Shown here piece after piece: positions 1 to 8,897 of a stretch of 62,112 nt of DNA (position 1 is the first letter of the stretch; each line of letters starts with the position of its first letter). The notes under the pieces were generated by a model. That model worked only from the letters and a program-made list of their open reading frames with translations, made no database searches and had not been told where the DNA came from. The position numbers were made by a program, and so were the translations under genes. The stretch lies in assembly GCA_021735655.1 (NCBI GenBank), contig JAIPGM010000010.1:1-62112 (forward strand), read 5' to 3'. Source of the DNA: Candidatus Omnitrophota bacterium. GTDB lineage: Bacteria; Omnitrophota; Gorgyraeia; Duberdicusellales; 4484-171.

Positions 1-138
1 CCTTTACGGGGTCAATTAAGCCCCAGAAAAACAATACAACCTATAACCTATCTACTCTGTGACTATCTATTTATTCTACTGATAATCCAGAGTTTTCACC
101 AACTATCATTGAACAATTATCGTATCATCTCCTTTAAT
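1..138. repeat. Left copy of a perfect 138 bp terminal inverted repeat (reverse complement of 61974..62111)
   Basis: Compared directly: bases 1..138 equal the reverse complement of 61974..62111, with one extra base at 62112. The first ~20 nt can form a small hairpin (GGGGtcaattaagCCCC). Confidence 0.9.
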
Positions 139-150
139 ATTGCATAAACC

Positions 151-260
151 CTTGATAAATGTTAATTTATCAAGGGTAAATTCGACTAAATCCTTGACAT
201 TCGAAATGTCAAGTACAAGTCTCATTTACAATTGTAAAACATTATTTGACAATTGTCAAG
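151..260. promoter_or_regulatory. Cluster of four palindromic operator-like sites sharing TTGACA/TGTCAA half-sites
   Basis: CTTGATAAAT-gtta-ATTTATCAAG (151..174); TTGACAT-tcgaa-ATGTCAA (194..212); TTTACAATTGTAAA (225..238); TTGACAATTGTCAA (246..259). The last two are near-identical 14-mers with centres 21 bp apart. Confidence 0.5.
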
Positions 261-332
261 TATAAATTTTAATATTTTGTCGAAAAAAAAGGTCCAATTT
301 CATTGACAAAATGCAAATTAGCACTATTTTCC

Positions 333-361
333 TTGCCGATACTCAGTTAAACCGCTATAAT
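333..361 (+). promoter_or_regulatory. Sigma70-like promoter (TTGCCG-17 nt-TATAAT) upstream of the ORF starting at 395
   Basis: -35 TTGCCG at 333..338, 17 nt spacer, -10 TATAAT at 356..361, about 34 nt upstream of the TTG start at 395. Confidence 0.4.
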
Positions 362-394
362 AGGGCTGTTAGAAGTAGTTAAAAAGGGAAATGA

Positions 395-841
395 TTGGAG
401 AATAAGTTGAAGAAGATCGTGGTTACAGGCTGTTTATTGTCGGTTATAACCCTGCTTTTGAGTTTTAGTTTGGCAGAGGCTAAGAGCAAAGGTAAGTTTC
501 TACCTTCGAGTGAGGAGTTTTTAGGTCCCGAAGGTAAGTTTAAGGAAAGTTCTAAGGATTTAAAATTAGAAAAAAAAGAGTTTTTAGGCAGTTCAAGTGA
601 TATTGGTTTTGATTCAGTCGAAGTTAAGCCATCAACAAAGGAGTTAATGAATTATAAGTATCGGGCTGTTGTCATTGATCGAAAATATTATTTGTTTGGA
701 AAAAGACGTTCTGTATCGAGTGGAAAGTTTGCCCTTTCAGAGTCGGTAAGCTCTTCGAGTTTTAATTCTTCAAGTTATGATTTTTTACCGTCTAGTAGTG
801 AATTCAAGGTTAAAAAAAGAAAAGGTAAGGCTGGTCGTTAG
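395..841 (+). CDS. Secreted repetitive hypothetical protein (signal peptide ending LAEA; repeated K-G-K-F-L-P-S-S-E-E-F-L type motifs)
   Basis: ORF with TTG start and a hydrophobic N-terminus (LLSVITLLLSFSLAEA). Internal repeats near the N- and C-termini (KGKFLPSSEEFL / YDFLPSSSEFKVKKRKGK). No family recognised. Confidence 0.4.
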   Translation: MENKLKKIVVTGCLLSVITLLLSFSLAEAKSKGKFLPSSEEFLGPEGKFKESSKDLKLEKKEFLGSSSDIGFDSVEVKPSTKELMNYKYRAVVIDRKYYLFGKRRSVSSGKFALSESVSSSSFNSSSYDFLPSSSEFKVKKRKGKAGR

Positions 842-860
842 GTTAAGTTAGGAGGTGGGT

Positions 861-1226
861 ATGGTTGGATTGGTTAAGTTAGTTGGTATGGCTGTTTTTG
901 CTCTCGGAGTAATTTTTTTCTTAAAACCAGACCAGATAAAGAAATGGTTAAATTTTTGGATGCAGGAGAACCATCTTTACATGGGTGGGTTGTTGAGCAT
1001 TTTAGTTGGCATTGTTTTTCTGATTGCCGCTGCTAGATGTAGCATTCCTTGGATTATTGTTGTTTTCAGCATTATGAGCTTAATTAAGGGTGTGGCCTTG
1101 TTTGCCTTAGGTTCTAAAAAGGTAATTGCTTTCGCCGAAAAGTTTACTAAACGTCCGCCAAAAGCTTTGCGCCGGTTTGCGATACTATCTTTAGCTTTTG
1201 GAGTTTTGCTCATCTACGCTGCTTAG
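861..1226 (+). CDS. Small integral membrane protein, three to four predicted TM helices, function unknown
   Basis: AGGAGG SD at 850..855, 5 nt before the ATG at 861. The listed ORF starts at an in-frame GTG at 855. Hydrophobic throughout. Followed by a rho-independent terminator. Confidence 0.5.
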   Translation: MVGLVKLVGMAVFALGVIFFLKPDQIKKWLNFWMQENHLYMGGLLSILVGIVFLIAAARCSIPWIIVVFSIMSLIKGVALFALGSKKVIAFAEKFTKRPPKALRRFAILSLAFGVLLIYAA

Positions 1227-1247
1227 GAAATAAGTTGCATATGCAAA

Positions 1248-1285
1248 GGGAACGGATCTGTTGATAGACCCGTTCCCTTTTTTTA
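1248..1285 (+). terminator. Rho-independent terminator (GGGAACGG-loop-CCGTTCCC followed by T7)
   Basis: GC-rich 8 bp stem at 1248..1255 / 1269..1277, followed by TTTTTTT at 1278..1284. Confidence 0.75.
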
Positions 1286-1305
1286 TTGGAAGCGTTTACA
1301 GTCAG

Positions 1306-1371
1306 GCACCTCCTAGTTATTGATTCGTTTCATTGCTAGCGATAGAATAATAGTAGGTAGAAAGGAGGTGC
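1306..1371 (+). promoter_or_regulatory. Possible anti-Shine-Dalgarno sequestering hairpin (GCACCTCCT ... AGGAGGTGC) in front of the small ORF at 1375
   Basis: 9 bp perfect inverted repeat at 1306..1314 and 1363..1371. The downstream arm is the SD (AGGAGGTG) of the ORF at 1375. Confidence 0.35.
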
Positions 1372-1374
1372 GAA

Positions 1375-1554
1375 ATGTTAAAAAACAAAGAGGAGAGAAT
1401 AAGAATTTTTCAAGTAGTTAGCTTGGGTGAGGAGTTAGCTTGCGAAGAGATTGCAAAGATTTTAAAAAAAGATATAACTTTGAATCCCGAGAAGCCAGAT
1501 GTTTATTTTACGGTTACTGAGCATCCCGAAGAAAGCATTGTGGTTAAAGGTTAA
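1375..1554 (+). CDS. Small hypothetical protein (59 aa, MLKNKEERIRIFQVVSLGEELACEEIAKILKKDITLNPEKPDVYFTVTEHPEESIVVKG), absent from the ORF track because of its length
   Basis: Strong SD AAGGAGGTG 4 nt upstream of the ATG at 1375. Open frame to the TAA at 1552..1554. Confidence 0.4.
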   Translation: MLKNKEERIRIFQVVSLGEELACEEIAKILKKDITLNPEKPDVYFTVTEHPEESIVVKG

Positions 1555-2039
1555 CCAAGGACTGAATGAACCCAATCACCGATATGGTGAGCGAGGATAA
1601 TTACAACTAGGGCTATTAAAAGGTGTTCTGCGACAACCTTCCAGGGGCGTTTTTCTTGGCCTCGAGCAATATAAAAATTAAAGGCAACTAGAAGCAGAAT
1701 CCCCCAAAATACACTCAGGGTGATTGCGGTTTTAAGCTTTAAGAGTAATAGGGGGGCTATAAAACTGAGAGAAACAATAAATTTTGAGAGAAAGGTGTAG
1801 ATAGTTGTTTCCCATATTTCTTTGTGGCTATGTTTGTTTTCAGCCTCTTCAGAGACATGTATGCCTAAAGCATCACTGAAAGCATCAGCTATCGCAATGA
1901 TTATTATCCCGCCGATAACCGCTAATCTCGAGTTAGTTCCTGAATGTAGTCCGACCATAAGTCCGAGAGTAGTAATAATGCCGGAAGTTAGGCCAAAGCT
2001 TACTCCGGTTTTAATTTGGTGTTTCATGATATTAATCAT
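1551..2039 (-). CDS. Integral membrane protein, possibly VIT1/CCC1-like (iron/manganese transporter family)
   Basis: 162 aa and hydrophobic. Gly-rich TM motif GLTSGIITTLGLMVGL and acidic AIADAFSDALG resemble VIT-family segments. This assignment is tentative. Confidence 0.4.
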   Translation of the reverse strand: MINIMKHQIKTGVSFGLTSGIITTLGLMVGLHSGTNSRLAVIGGIIIIAIADAFSDALGIHVSEEAENKHSHKEIWETTIYTFLSKFIVSLSFIAPLLLLKLKTAITLSVFWGILLLVAFNFYIARGQEKRPWKVVAEHLLIALVVIILAHHIGDWVHSVLG

Positions 2040-2302
2040 AACAGAATTTTCTTTTTTCGTCTAGCCCGAAGTTATTTTTAAAGATAGTTTCTATTTTTCT
2101 AAAAAAATCTTGACATTTTTTATAATTTTGTTATCCTTTATTCTAAGTATTTATGGTGGAGATGACAAAGGCGTCCTTTTTACTTACAGCGAAGTGAAGG
2201 GGCGCTTTCACTATTTTTGAGGGGTTCATTTTTTTTGACTTAGAATGCACAAAAATTGGGCACTTTTTTTACAGCGTTTAATCAACTGGGAGGTAAAAGT
2301 AA

Positions 2303-5300
2303 ATGGCAAGACGCAAAGATATTAAAAAAGTTTTAATTATTGGTTCTGGTCCGATAATCATCGGCCAGGCGTGCGAATTTGACTATTCTGGCACTCAAGC
2401 TTGCAAGGCTTTAAAAGAAGAGAGCTATGAGGTAGTTTTAGTTAACTCTAATCCAGCCACGATCATGACCGATCCTGGTACAGCTGATAAAACCTATATT
2501 GAACCTCTGACTATAGAAAGTCTAGAGGAAATTATTAAAATTGAAAGGCCTGATGGTCTTTTGTCTAATTTGGGTGGTCAGACCGGGCTTAATCTTTCAT
2601 CAGGTCTTTTTAAAACCGGTATTTTAGAGAAGTACGGTGTTGAGATTATTGGGGTTAAGGCTGACGCTATTGAAAGAGGCGAAGATCGTATTGCTTTTAA
2701 AGAGACAATGAATAAGTTGGGCATAGAAATGGCTCGTTCTGCTCCTAGTCATTCAGTTGAAGAAGCTGAAAAAATAGCCTCAGAGTTGGGCTATCCGGTA
2801 GTTTTGCGTCCAGCTTACACCATGGGGGGAACCGGAGGAGGAATTGCCTACAATGTTGAAGAGTTAAGAACGATAGTGGCTAGAGGTTTGGCGGTAAGCA
2901 TAGTTAATCAGGTTTTGGTTGAAGAGTCAGTTATTGGTTGGGAAGAACTAGAGCTGGAAGTGGTCCGTGATGCTAATAATAAAAAGATCACTGTTTGCTT
3001 TATCGAAAATATTGATGCGATGGGGGTACATACTGGAGATAGTTTTTGTACTGCACCAATGTTTACGGTGCCGGAGAAGCTACAAAAGCGGATGCAAGAG
3101 CTTTCTTATAAAATTGTTGATGCGATAGAGGTTGTTGGCGGTACTAATATTCAGTTTGCTCATAATCTAGTTGATGATCGTCTGGTGGTAATTGAGATTA
3201 ACCCTCGAACCTCACGTTCCTCAGCCCTAGCTTCTAAAGCTACTGGTTTTCCGATTGCCCGGATTTCAACCAAATTAGCAGCCGGATTAACCCTGGATGA
3301 AATTCCTTATTGGAGAAAAGGGACTCTTGATAAATACGAGCCTTGGGGCGACTATGTGGTAATTAAATTTGCCCGTTGGGCTTTTGAGAAATTTCCGGCG
3401 GCAAAAGATGTTTTGGGTACACAGATGAAGGCAGTTGGAGAGGTAATGAGCATAGCCAAAACTTTTAAGGAATCGTTTCAAAAAGCGATTCGTTCTTTAG
3501 AAAGTAAAAGGTATGGTTTAGGCGGAGCAAAGAATTTTAAAGAACTTTCTTTAGACAAACTAAAAGAAAAATTAGCTCAGCCTTCCAGTGAGCGGGTGTT
3601 TATTATTTATGAGGCTTTGCGTAAAGGGATGAGCGTTGAAGAGCTTTATCAGCTAACCTTTATCGGTCGTCAGTTTCTTAAGGAGATGCAGGAGTTAGTT
3701 CAATTTGAAGAGGAATTACTTAAAAGTTCATGGAAAGACTTACCTAATGAAAAATTAGCTAAAGCTAAAGAGTGGGGTTTTTCTGACCGTTATCTAGCCG
3801 GATTGTTTAATATTAAGGAAAAAGAAGTTAGAACTAAACGTTTGGCCATTGGAAAAAAAGTTGCCTATGAGCCAGTTCCGGTCAGTGGTGTGGAAAATGC
3901 CGCTTATTACTATTCAACCTATAATGCTAAAGATAAAGTTGAAGTTTCCGATAATAAAAAAATAATGATTTTGGGTGGCGGACCTAATCGTATTGGCCAG
4001 GGTATTGAGTTCGACTATACCTGTGTGCATGCGGCTTTTACTCTTCGTGATGAAGGCTATGAATCGATAATGGTCAATTGCAATCCCGAGACAGTCTCTA
4101 CTGATTATGATACTTCTGACAAGTTATATTTTGAGCCTTTAACCATTGAAGATGTTTTAGCAATCTACGATAAAGAAAAGCCGATTGGAGCAATTGTTCA
4201 ATTTGGAGGTCAAACTCCTTTAAACTTGGCTAAAGAGTTAAAAGAAAATGGGGTAAATATTCTTGGTACAACACCGGAGAGTATAGATTTGGCCGAAGAC
4301 CGAGAGCGTTTTCGAGAAAAGATGATAAAATTGGAAATTCCTCAACCAGAAAGCGGCACAGCAAGATCACTCGAAGAAGCTTTAAAGATTGCTAGAGAAA
4401 TTGGTTTTCCGCTGATGGTTCGACCTTCCTATGTGCTTGGTGGTCGAGGTATGGAGGTTATCTATGATGAAGAAGCTTTACAAAAGTACGCCAAGGAAGC
4501 AATAAAGGTTAGCCCGGAGCATCCGATGCTTATTGATAAGTTTCTAGAGCATGCGGTTGAAGTTGAGGTTGACGCCTTGGCTGATGGTCAAGATGCTTTT
4601 GTTGCTGCGGTTATGGAGCATATTGAGCTAGCTGGAGTTCATTCCGGAGATTCGGCCTGTGCCATACCTACTAGAACTGTTACTCAGGAGCAGCTAAAGA
4701 CAATAGACGAATATACGGTTAAGATTGCCAAAGAACTTAAGGTAATTGGATTAATGAATATACAGTATGCTATTTGTGATGATAAAGTTTATATCTTAGA
4801 GGCAAATTCTAGAGCTTCACGTACAGTTCCGATTGTTTCTAAGATTACTGGAACCTCTATGGCTAGGATCGCTACTCAGCTTATGCTTGGTAAAAAGATT
4901 GCAGATTTCCCTGAACTAAAAACTCGAAAGTTACCTTATGTCGGAGTGAAGGAAGCGGTTTTTCCTTTTAATATGTTTCCTGAAGTAGATCCGTTGCTAG
5001 GTCCTGAGATGAGGGCAACTGGGGAGGTTATGGGCATTGGCGAAACTTTTGGAGCGGCTTTTTATAAGGCTCAGGCTGCAGCCGGTACTGCTTTACCTTT
5101 AGCTGGTAATGTTCTTTTGACCGTGAATGATAAGGATAAGTCGGAGCTGCTACCGATTGCTAAAAAAATTAAAAAGTTAGGGTTCAATATTTACACTACT
5201 GAGGGGACAAGTAGCTTTTTGGAAAAAGGGGGCGTAGAGAGTATTTTGATAAAAAAGTTGCATCAAGGAAGACCGAACATTGCAGATTTGATAAAAAATA

Positions 5301-5506
5301 AAGAGATTCATTTAGTTATCAATACTCCCGCTGGACGTAACAGCAAGCATGATGATAGCTATATTCGAATGCTAGCTATCCAACAGAAAATTCCTTATAT
5401 AACATCAATGGCTGCTGCTCAAGCCAGCGTTGAGGGAATAGAATCTGCTATCGGCGCGAAGTGTCCGCCAAAGTCTTTACAGGATTATTACCGGTTGCTT
5501 GTTTAA
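2303..5506 (+). CDS. carB: Carbamoyl-phosphate synthase large subunit
   Basis: 1067 aa with two ATP-grasp halves, each with a conserved glycine-rich signature ([19 protein letters not shown]; [17 protein letters not shown]), and a C-terminal MGS-like domain. No carA is adjacent. Confidence 0.95.
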   Translation: MARRKDIKKVLIIGSGPIIIGQACEFDYSGTQACKALKEESYEVVLVNSNPATIMTDPGTADKTYIEPLTIESLEEIIKIERPDGLLSNLGGQTGLNLSSGLFKTGILEKYGVEIIGVKADAIERGEDRIAFKETMNKLGIEMARSAPSHSVEEAEKIASELGYPVVLRPAYTMGGTGGGIAYNVEELRTIVARGLAVSIVNQVLVEESVIGWEELELEVVRDANNKKITVCFIENIDAMGVHTGDSFCTAPMFTVPEKLQKRMQELSYKIVDAIEVVGGTNIQFAHNLVDDRLVVIEINPRTSRSSALASKATGFPIARISTKLAAGLTLDEIPYWRKGTLDKYEPWGDYVVIKFARWAFEKFPAAKDVLGTQMKAVGEVMSIAKTFKESFQKAIRSLESKRYGLGGAKNFKELSLDKLKEKLAQPSSERVFIIYEALRKGMSVEELYQLTFIGRQFLKEMQELVQFEEELLKSSWKDLPNEKLAKAKEWGFSDRYLAGLFNIKEKEVRTKRLAIGKKVAYEPVPVSGVENAAYYYSTYNAKDKVEVSDNKKIMILGGGPNRIGQGIEFDYTCVHAAFTLRDEGYESIMVNCNPETVSTDYDTSDKLYFEPLTIEDVLAIYDKEKPIGAIVQFGGQTPLNLAKELKENGVNILGTTPESIDLAEDRERFREKMIKLEIPQPESGTARSLEEALKIAREIGFPLMVRPSYVLGGRGMEVIYDEEALQKYAKEAIKVSPEHPMLIDKFLEHAVEVEVDALADGQDAFVAAVMEHIELAGVHSGDSACAIPTRTVTQEQLKTIDEYTVKIAKELKVIGLMNIQYAICDDKVYILEANSRASRTVPIVSKITGTSMARIATQLMLGKKIADFPELKTRKLPYVGVKEAVFPFNMFPEVDPLLGPEMRATGEVMGIGETFGAAFYKAQAAAGTALPLAGNVLLTVNDKDKSELLPIAKKIKKLGFNIYTTEGTSSFLEKGGVESILIKKLHQGRPNIADLIKNKEIHLVINTPAGRNSKHDDSYIRMLAIQQKIPYITSMAAAQASVEGIESAIGAKCPPKSLQDYYRLLV

Positions 5507-5519
5507 TTTGGAGAATATA

Positions 5520-7037
5520 ATGGTAAAAAAAATCGGTTTTGATAATGAGAAGTATTTAGAAGAACAGAGCCAGGCAATTCTTGAGCGGGTGGAAAGGTTT
5601 AATAATAAGCTCTATCTAGAGTTTGGTGGAAAAATCGTTTTTGATTATCATGCTTCAAGAGTTTTACCGGGATTTGATCCTAACGTGAAGATGCGGCTTT
5701 TGCAAAAGTTGAAAGATAAGGCCGATATTATTCTTTGTATCTATGCTGGCGATATTGAAAGAAGAAAAGTGCGAGCCGATTTTGGCATTACCTATGATGT
5801 CGACGCGCTTAAGCTGATAGATGATTTAAGAGCTTGGGAGATCAATGTTGCGGCAGTAGTGATTACTCGTTTTGAAGATCAGCCTTCAGCAATAATTTTT
5901 AAAAATAAACTCGAGCGGAGAGGAGTAAAGGTTCATACTCATCGATTTACTAAGGGCTATCCTACTGATGTAGATTTGGTAGTTAGTGATAAAGGCTATG
6001 GTGCAAATGCCTATATTGAAACCGAAAAGCCGTTGGTCGTGGTCACCGGACCTGGCCCAGGGAGTGGAAAGTTAGCTACCTGCCTTTCTCAGTGTTATCA
6101 TGAGTACAAAAGAGGCGTAAAGGCTGGCTACGCTAAGTTTGAAACTTTTCCAATTTGGAACATCCCGCTTAAACATCCGGTAAATATTGCCTATGAGGCA
6201 GCTACTGCTGATTTAAGAGATTTTAACTTAGTAGATCCTTTTCATTTGGAAACTTATGCTGAGACATCAATCAATTACAATCGCGACGTAGACGCTTTTC
6301 CCTTGTTGCGGAGAATTTTAGAAAAGATAACTAAGGACGAATCGTTTTATAAATCTCCGACTGATATGGGGGTGAACCGAGCTGGATTTGGGATTGTTGA
6401 CGATGCAGTCGTTAGGGAAGCAGCCAAACAAGAGATTATTCGCAGATATTTTCGCTATCGTTGTGAATATGTAATGGGTTTTGTTGATAAGGGAACAGTT
6501 GAAAGATGCGAATTGGTAATGAAAGAGCTTAAACTTGATCCTCAAGACAGAGTAGTAGTTGCCCCGGCCCATGAATCTGCTAAGCAAGCACAGGGCAAGG
6601 GTAAAGTTAACGGAGATATCTTTTGCGGTGCAGCTATCGAGTTAAAAGACGGATCAATCGTAACCGGAAAGAACTCTTCTTTAATGAATGCTCCTTCAAG
6701 TTTAATTTTAAATGCGATAAAAGAATTGGCCGAAATTCCTGATAAGATTCATCTATTATCACCGGTAATACTTAAATCGATTGAAGATTTAAAGAAGAGT
6801 TTATCTAGTAGTGCTGATTTGAGCTTAGATTTAGAGGAGACACTTATTGCTTTAAGTATAAGCGCGACTACTAATCCAACTACCCAGTTAGCTATAGAAA
6901 AGTTAAAAGAATTAAAAGGCTGTGAAGTTCATACGACGCATATTCCGGCCCCCGGCGATGAAGCCGGTTTAAGGAGTTTAGGGGTTAATCTTACTAGTGA
7001 CCCTAATTTTTCTTCTAAGAGTCTTTTTGTTGTATAA
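5520..7037 (+). CDS. Conserved ~500 aa protein of unknown function, probably the DUF1846/UPF0371 family
   Basis: Start taken at the ATG at 5520 ([12 protein letters not shown]...), 5 nt after a GGAGA SD. The listed ORF begins at an in-frame ATG at 5499 that overlaps the carB stop. Family call is from memory of the UPF0371 N-terminus and length, not verified. Confidence 0.55.
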   Translation: MVKKIGFDNEKYLEEQSQAILERVERFNNKLYLEFGGKIVFDYHASRVLPGFDPNVKMRLLQKLKDKADIILCIYAGDIERRKVRADFGITYDVDALKLIDDLRAWEINVAAVVITRFEDQPSAIIFKNKLERRGVKVHTHRFTKGYPTDVDLVVSDKGYGANAYIETEKPLVVVTGPGPGSGKLATCLSQCYHEYKRGVKAGYAKFETFPIWNIPLKHPVNIAYEAATADLRDFNLVDPFHLETYAETSINYNRDVDAFPLLRRILEKITKDESFYKSPTDMGVNRAGFGIVDDAVVREAAKQEIIRRYFRYRCEYVMGFVDKGTVERCELVMKELKLDPQDRVVVAPAHESAKQAQGKGKVNGDIFCGAAIELKDGSIVTGKNSSLMNAPSSLILNAIKELAEIPDKIHLLSPVILKSIEDLKKSLSSSADLSLDLEETLIALSISATTNPTTQLAIEKLKELKGCEVHTTHIPAPGDEAGLRSLGVNLTSDPNFSSKSLFVV

Positions 7038-7080
7038 GTACAACTAAGTTCTGAAAACGATTTGATTAGGAGGTAAAGCT

Positions 7081-8529
7081 ATGAGTGGAATTTTTGGAGC
7101 AGTTTCTAAAAATAATTGTGCAGAGATTATACTTTATGGTACAGATTATCATTCGCATTTAGGAACTGAATACGGTGGCATGGCAGTGTTAGGTGAGACC
7201 TTCCAGCGGCAAATACACAATATTGCCCAAACTCAATTTAAATCTAAATTTTATGATGAATATAAGCAGATGAAGGGCAATAAGGGCATTGGTGTTATAA
7301 GTGCTCTAGAAGAGCAGCCGATGTATTTAAATTCTAAATTTGGCCCTTTTTGTATTGTTACTAATGGATTAATTGAGAATATTTCTGAATTAGCAAAAGA
7401 TCTTCTTAGGGGGGGGGTTTCTTTTACCGAGATAAGCAAATATGAAGTTAACGAGACTGAACTAGTAGCAAAGTTAATTAATCAAGGTAAAGATTTAATT
7501 GATGGTATCGAGCAAGCGTTTGCTAAAATTCAAGGATCTTGTTCTCTTTTATTGCTTAATAAGGATGGTGTATATGCTGCTAGAGACAAGTTCGGCTACA
7601 CTCCGCTTGTAGTCGGCCAGCGTGCTGATGCTATGGCAATTACATCAGAAAGTTGTAGTTTTGTGAATAATGATTTTAAAATAGTTAAATATTTAGAACC
7701 GGGCGAGATAGTTTTAGTTACCGAAAAGGGAATGGAGCAGAAGAAACCCGGTGGCAGCACTAATCAAATTTGTGCTTTTTTCTGGATTTACACTGGATTT
7801 CCGGCTTCAAGTTACGAAGGTATCAATACCGAAATCGTAAGGGAGCGTTGTGGTCGTCAGCTTGCCCGTGGCGATAAAGATATAGAGGTAGATGTTGTTT
7901 CAGGAGTTCCTGATTCTGGGGCAGCTCATGCTATTGGTTATGCTATCGAGAGTGGTAAACCTTACCGCAGACCTTTAGTTAAATATACTCCCGGATATGG
8001 CCGTAGTTATATTCCACCTTCTCAAGTTACCCGCGATTTAATAGCGAAGATGAAACTAATTTCGATTAAGGAAATTATTGATGGCAACCGAATCGTTGTT
8101 TGTGAAGATTCAATTGTTCGGGGAACTCAATTGAAGAATTTTACCGTAAAAAAACTTTGGGATTCAGGAGCTAAGGAAATTCATGTTCGGCCGGCTTGTC
8201 CGCCGCTTATGTTTCATTGTCGATTTAACCTTTCAACTCGCAGCAGTGACGAGCTTGTAGCTCGTCGGGCAATCCGAAGCTTGGAGGGTCGCGATATAAA
8301 AGACTTATCCGAGTACCTTGATCCGAATTCTCAAAAATATAAGGAAATGTTGGATTGGATTGCCAAGGATTTACAAGTTACCACTCTTAGGTATCAAACC
8401 GTAGACGATATGGTTGAGGCAATCGGCTTACCTAAGGAGAAACTTTGTCTTTACTGCTGGACCGGTGAATGTCCAGGATCAAAGAGCTGCGACCAAAATA
8501 GTTGTTCAACAGGTTGCCAAACAAAGTAA
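7081..8529 (+). CDS. Amidophosphoribosyltransferase (PurF)-family protein with Ser replacing the N-terminal nucleophile Cys (MSGIFG) and a C-terminal Cys-rich tail
   Basis: Strong SD (TAGGAGGTAAAGCTATG). Class II GATase fold motifs (KGIGVISAL, FCIVTNGLIENISEL), a PRTase motif (VVCEDSIVRGTQL) and a PP-loop region (DVVSGVPDSGAAHAIGYAIESGKPYRRP) align with E. coli and B. subtilis PurF. The C-terminus is CLYCWTGECPGSKSCDQNSCSTGCQTK. Confidence 0.75.
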   Translation: MSGIFGAVSKNNCAEIILYGTDYHSHLGTEYGGMAVLGETFQRQIHNIAQTQFKSKFYDEYKQMKGNKGIGVISALEEQPMYLNSKFGPFCIVTNGLIENISELAKDLLRGGVSFTEISKYEVNETELVAKLINQGKDLIDGIEQAFAKIQGSCSLLLLNKDGVYAARDKFGYTPLVVGQRADAMAITSESCSFVNNDFKIVKYLEPGEIVLVTEKGMEQKKPGGSTNQICAFFWIYTGFPASSYEGINTEIVRERCGRQLARGDKDIEVDVVSGVPDSGAAHAIGYAIESGKPYRRPLVKYTPGYGRSYIPPSQVTRDLIAKMKLISIKEIIDGNRIVVCEDSIVRGTQLKNFTVKKLWDSGAKEIHVRPACPPLMFHCRFNLSTRSSDELVARRAIRSLEGRDIKDLSEYLDPNSQKYKEMLDWIAKDLQVTTLRYQTVDDMVEAIGLPKEKLCLYCWTGECPGSKSCDQNSCSTGCQTK

Positions 8530-8552
8530 ACTAGGTTAAAAAATCGATTATA

Positions 8553-8597
8553 AATGAATAAGGCGTTTCTCCTAATACGAGAAACGCCTTATTCATT
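8553..8597 (+). terminator. 19 bp perfect hairpin (AATGAATAAGGCGTTTCTC-ctaatac-GAGAAACGCCTTATTCATT) downstream of the purF-like gene; no canonical U-tract
   Basis: Perfect inverted repeat at 8553..8571 / 8579..8597. A second, weaker hairpin followed by a T-run lies at 8620..8643 (ACGGA-gagaggg-TCCGT then ggcTTTT). Confidence 0.45.
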
Positions 8598-8827
8598 AAG
8601 AAGACCCCCCTCCCCGAAAACGGAGAGAGGGTCCGTGGCTTTTGACTCTCTAGGACAGAGAGCCTTCACTAAAGGATAACATCTTTTTCCCTTGTGTTTC
8701 AAGAGGTTATGAAAGTATTCGTGAAAACGCTTACAAGGGTTAAATTTGAATATAGTTGCTGTTTTTTATAAAATAACTCAATAAAACCGGGTATCTCTAT
8801 TTCTATCTTATTCAGCTAACATTTTTC

Positions 8828-8856
8828 TTTACAATTTAATTAGTGCAGTGTATAAT
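8828..8856 (+). promoter_or_regulatory. Near-consensus sigma70 promoter (TTTACA-17 nt-TATAAT) for hisG
   Basis: -35 at 8828..8833, exactly 17 nt spacer, -10 TATAAT at 8851..8856. hisG ATG is at 8898. Confidence 0.5.
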
Positions 8857-8897
8857 CTAACCTCGTTGAGACATAAACTATTAAATAGTATAAGATT

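Noticed and set aside
977-1213. 78 aa minus-strand ORF inside the small membrane-protein gene
   Set aside because: Antisense to a gene with a strong SD, and no RBS of its own. Likely a frame artefact. The same applies to 3287..3481, 6318..6587, 7251..7439, 10455..10679, 11168..11407, 11904..12098, 13249..13437, 14922..15215, 15311..15514, 16013..16198, 16678..16884, 19893..20120, 23195..23479, 23560..23844, 23849..24085, 36033..36349, 38562..38744, 39534..39872, 43128..43313, 44409..44937, 46195..46383, 46912..47241, 49748..49945, 51696..51890, 54381..54608 and 55814..56008.
1822-2064. 80 aa + strand ORF overlapping the minus-strand membrane protein
   Set aside because: Antisense to the more convincing 162 aa hydrophobic protein. 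No SD.
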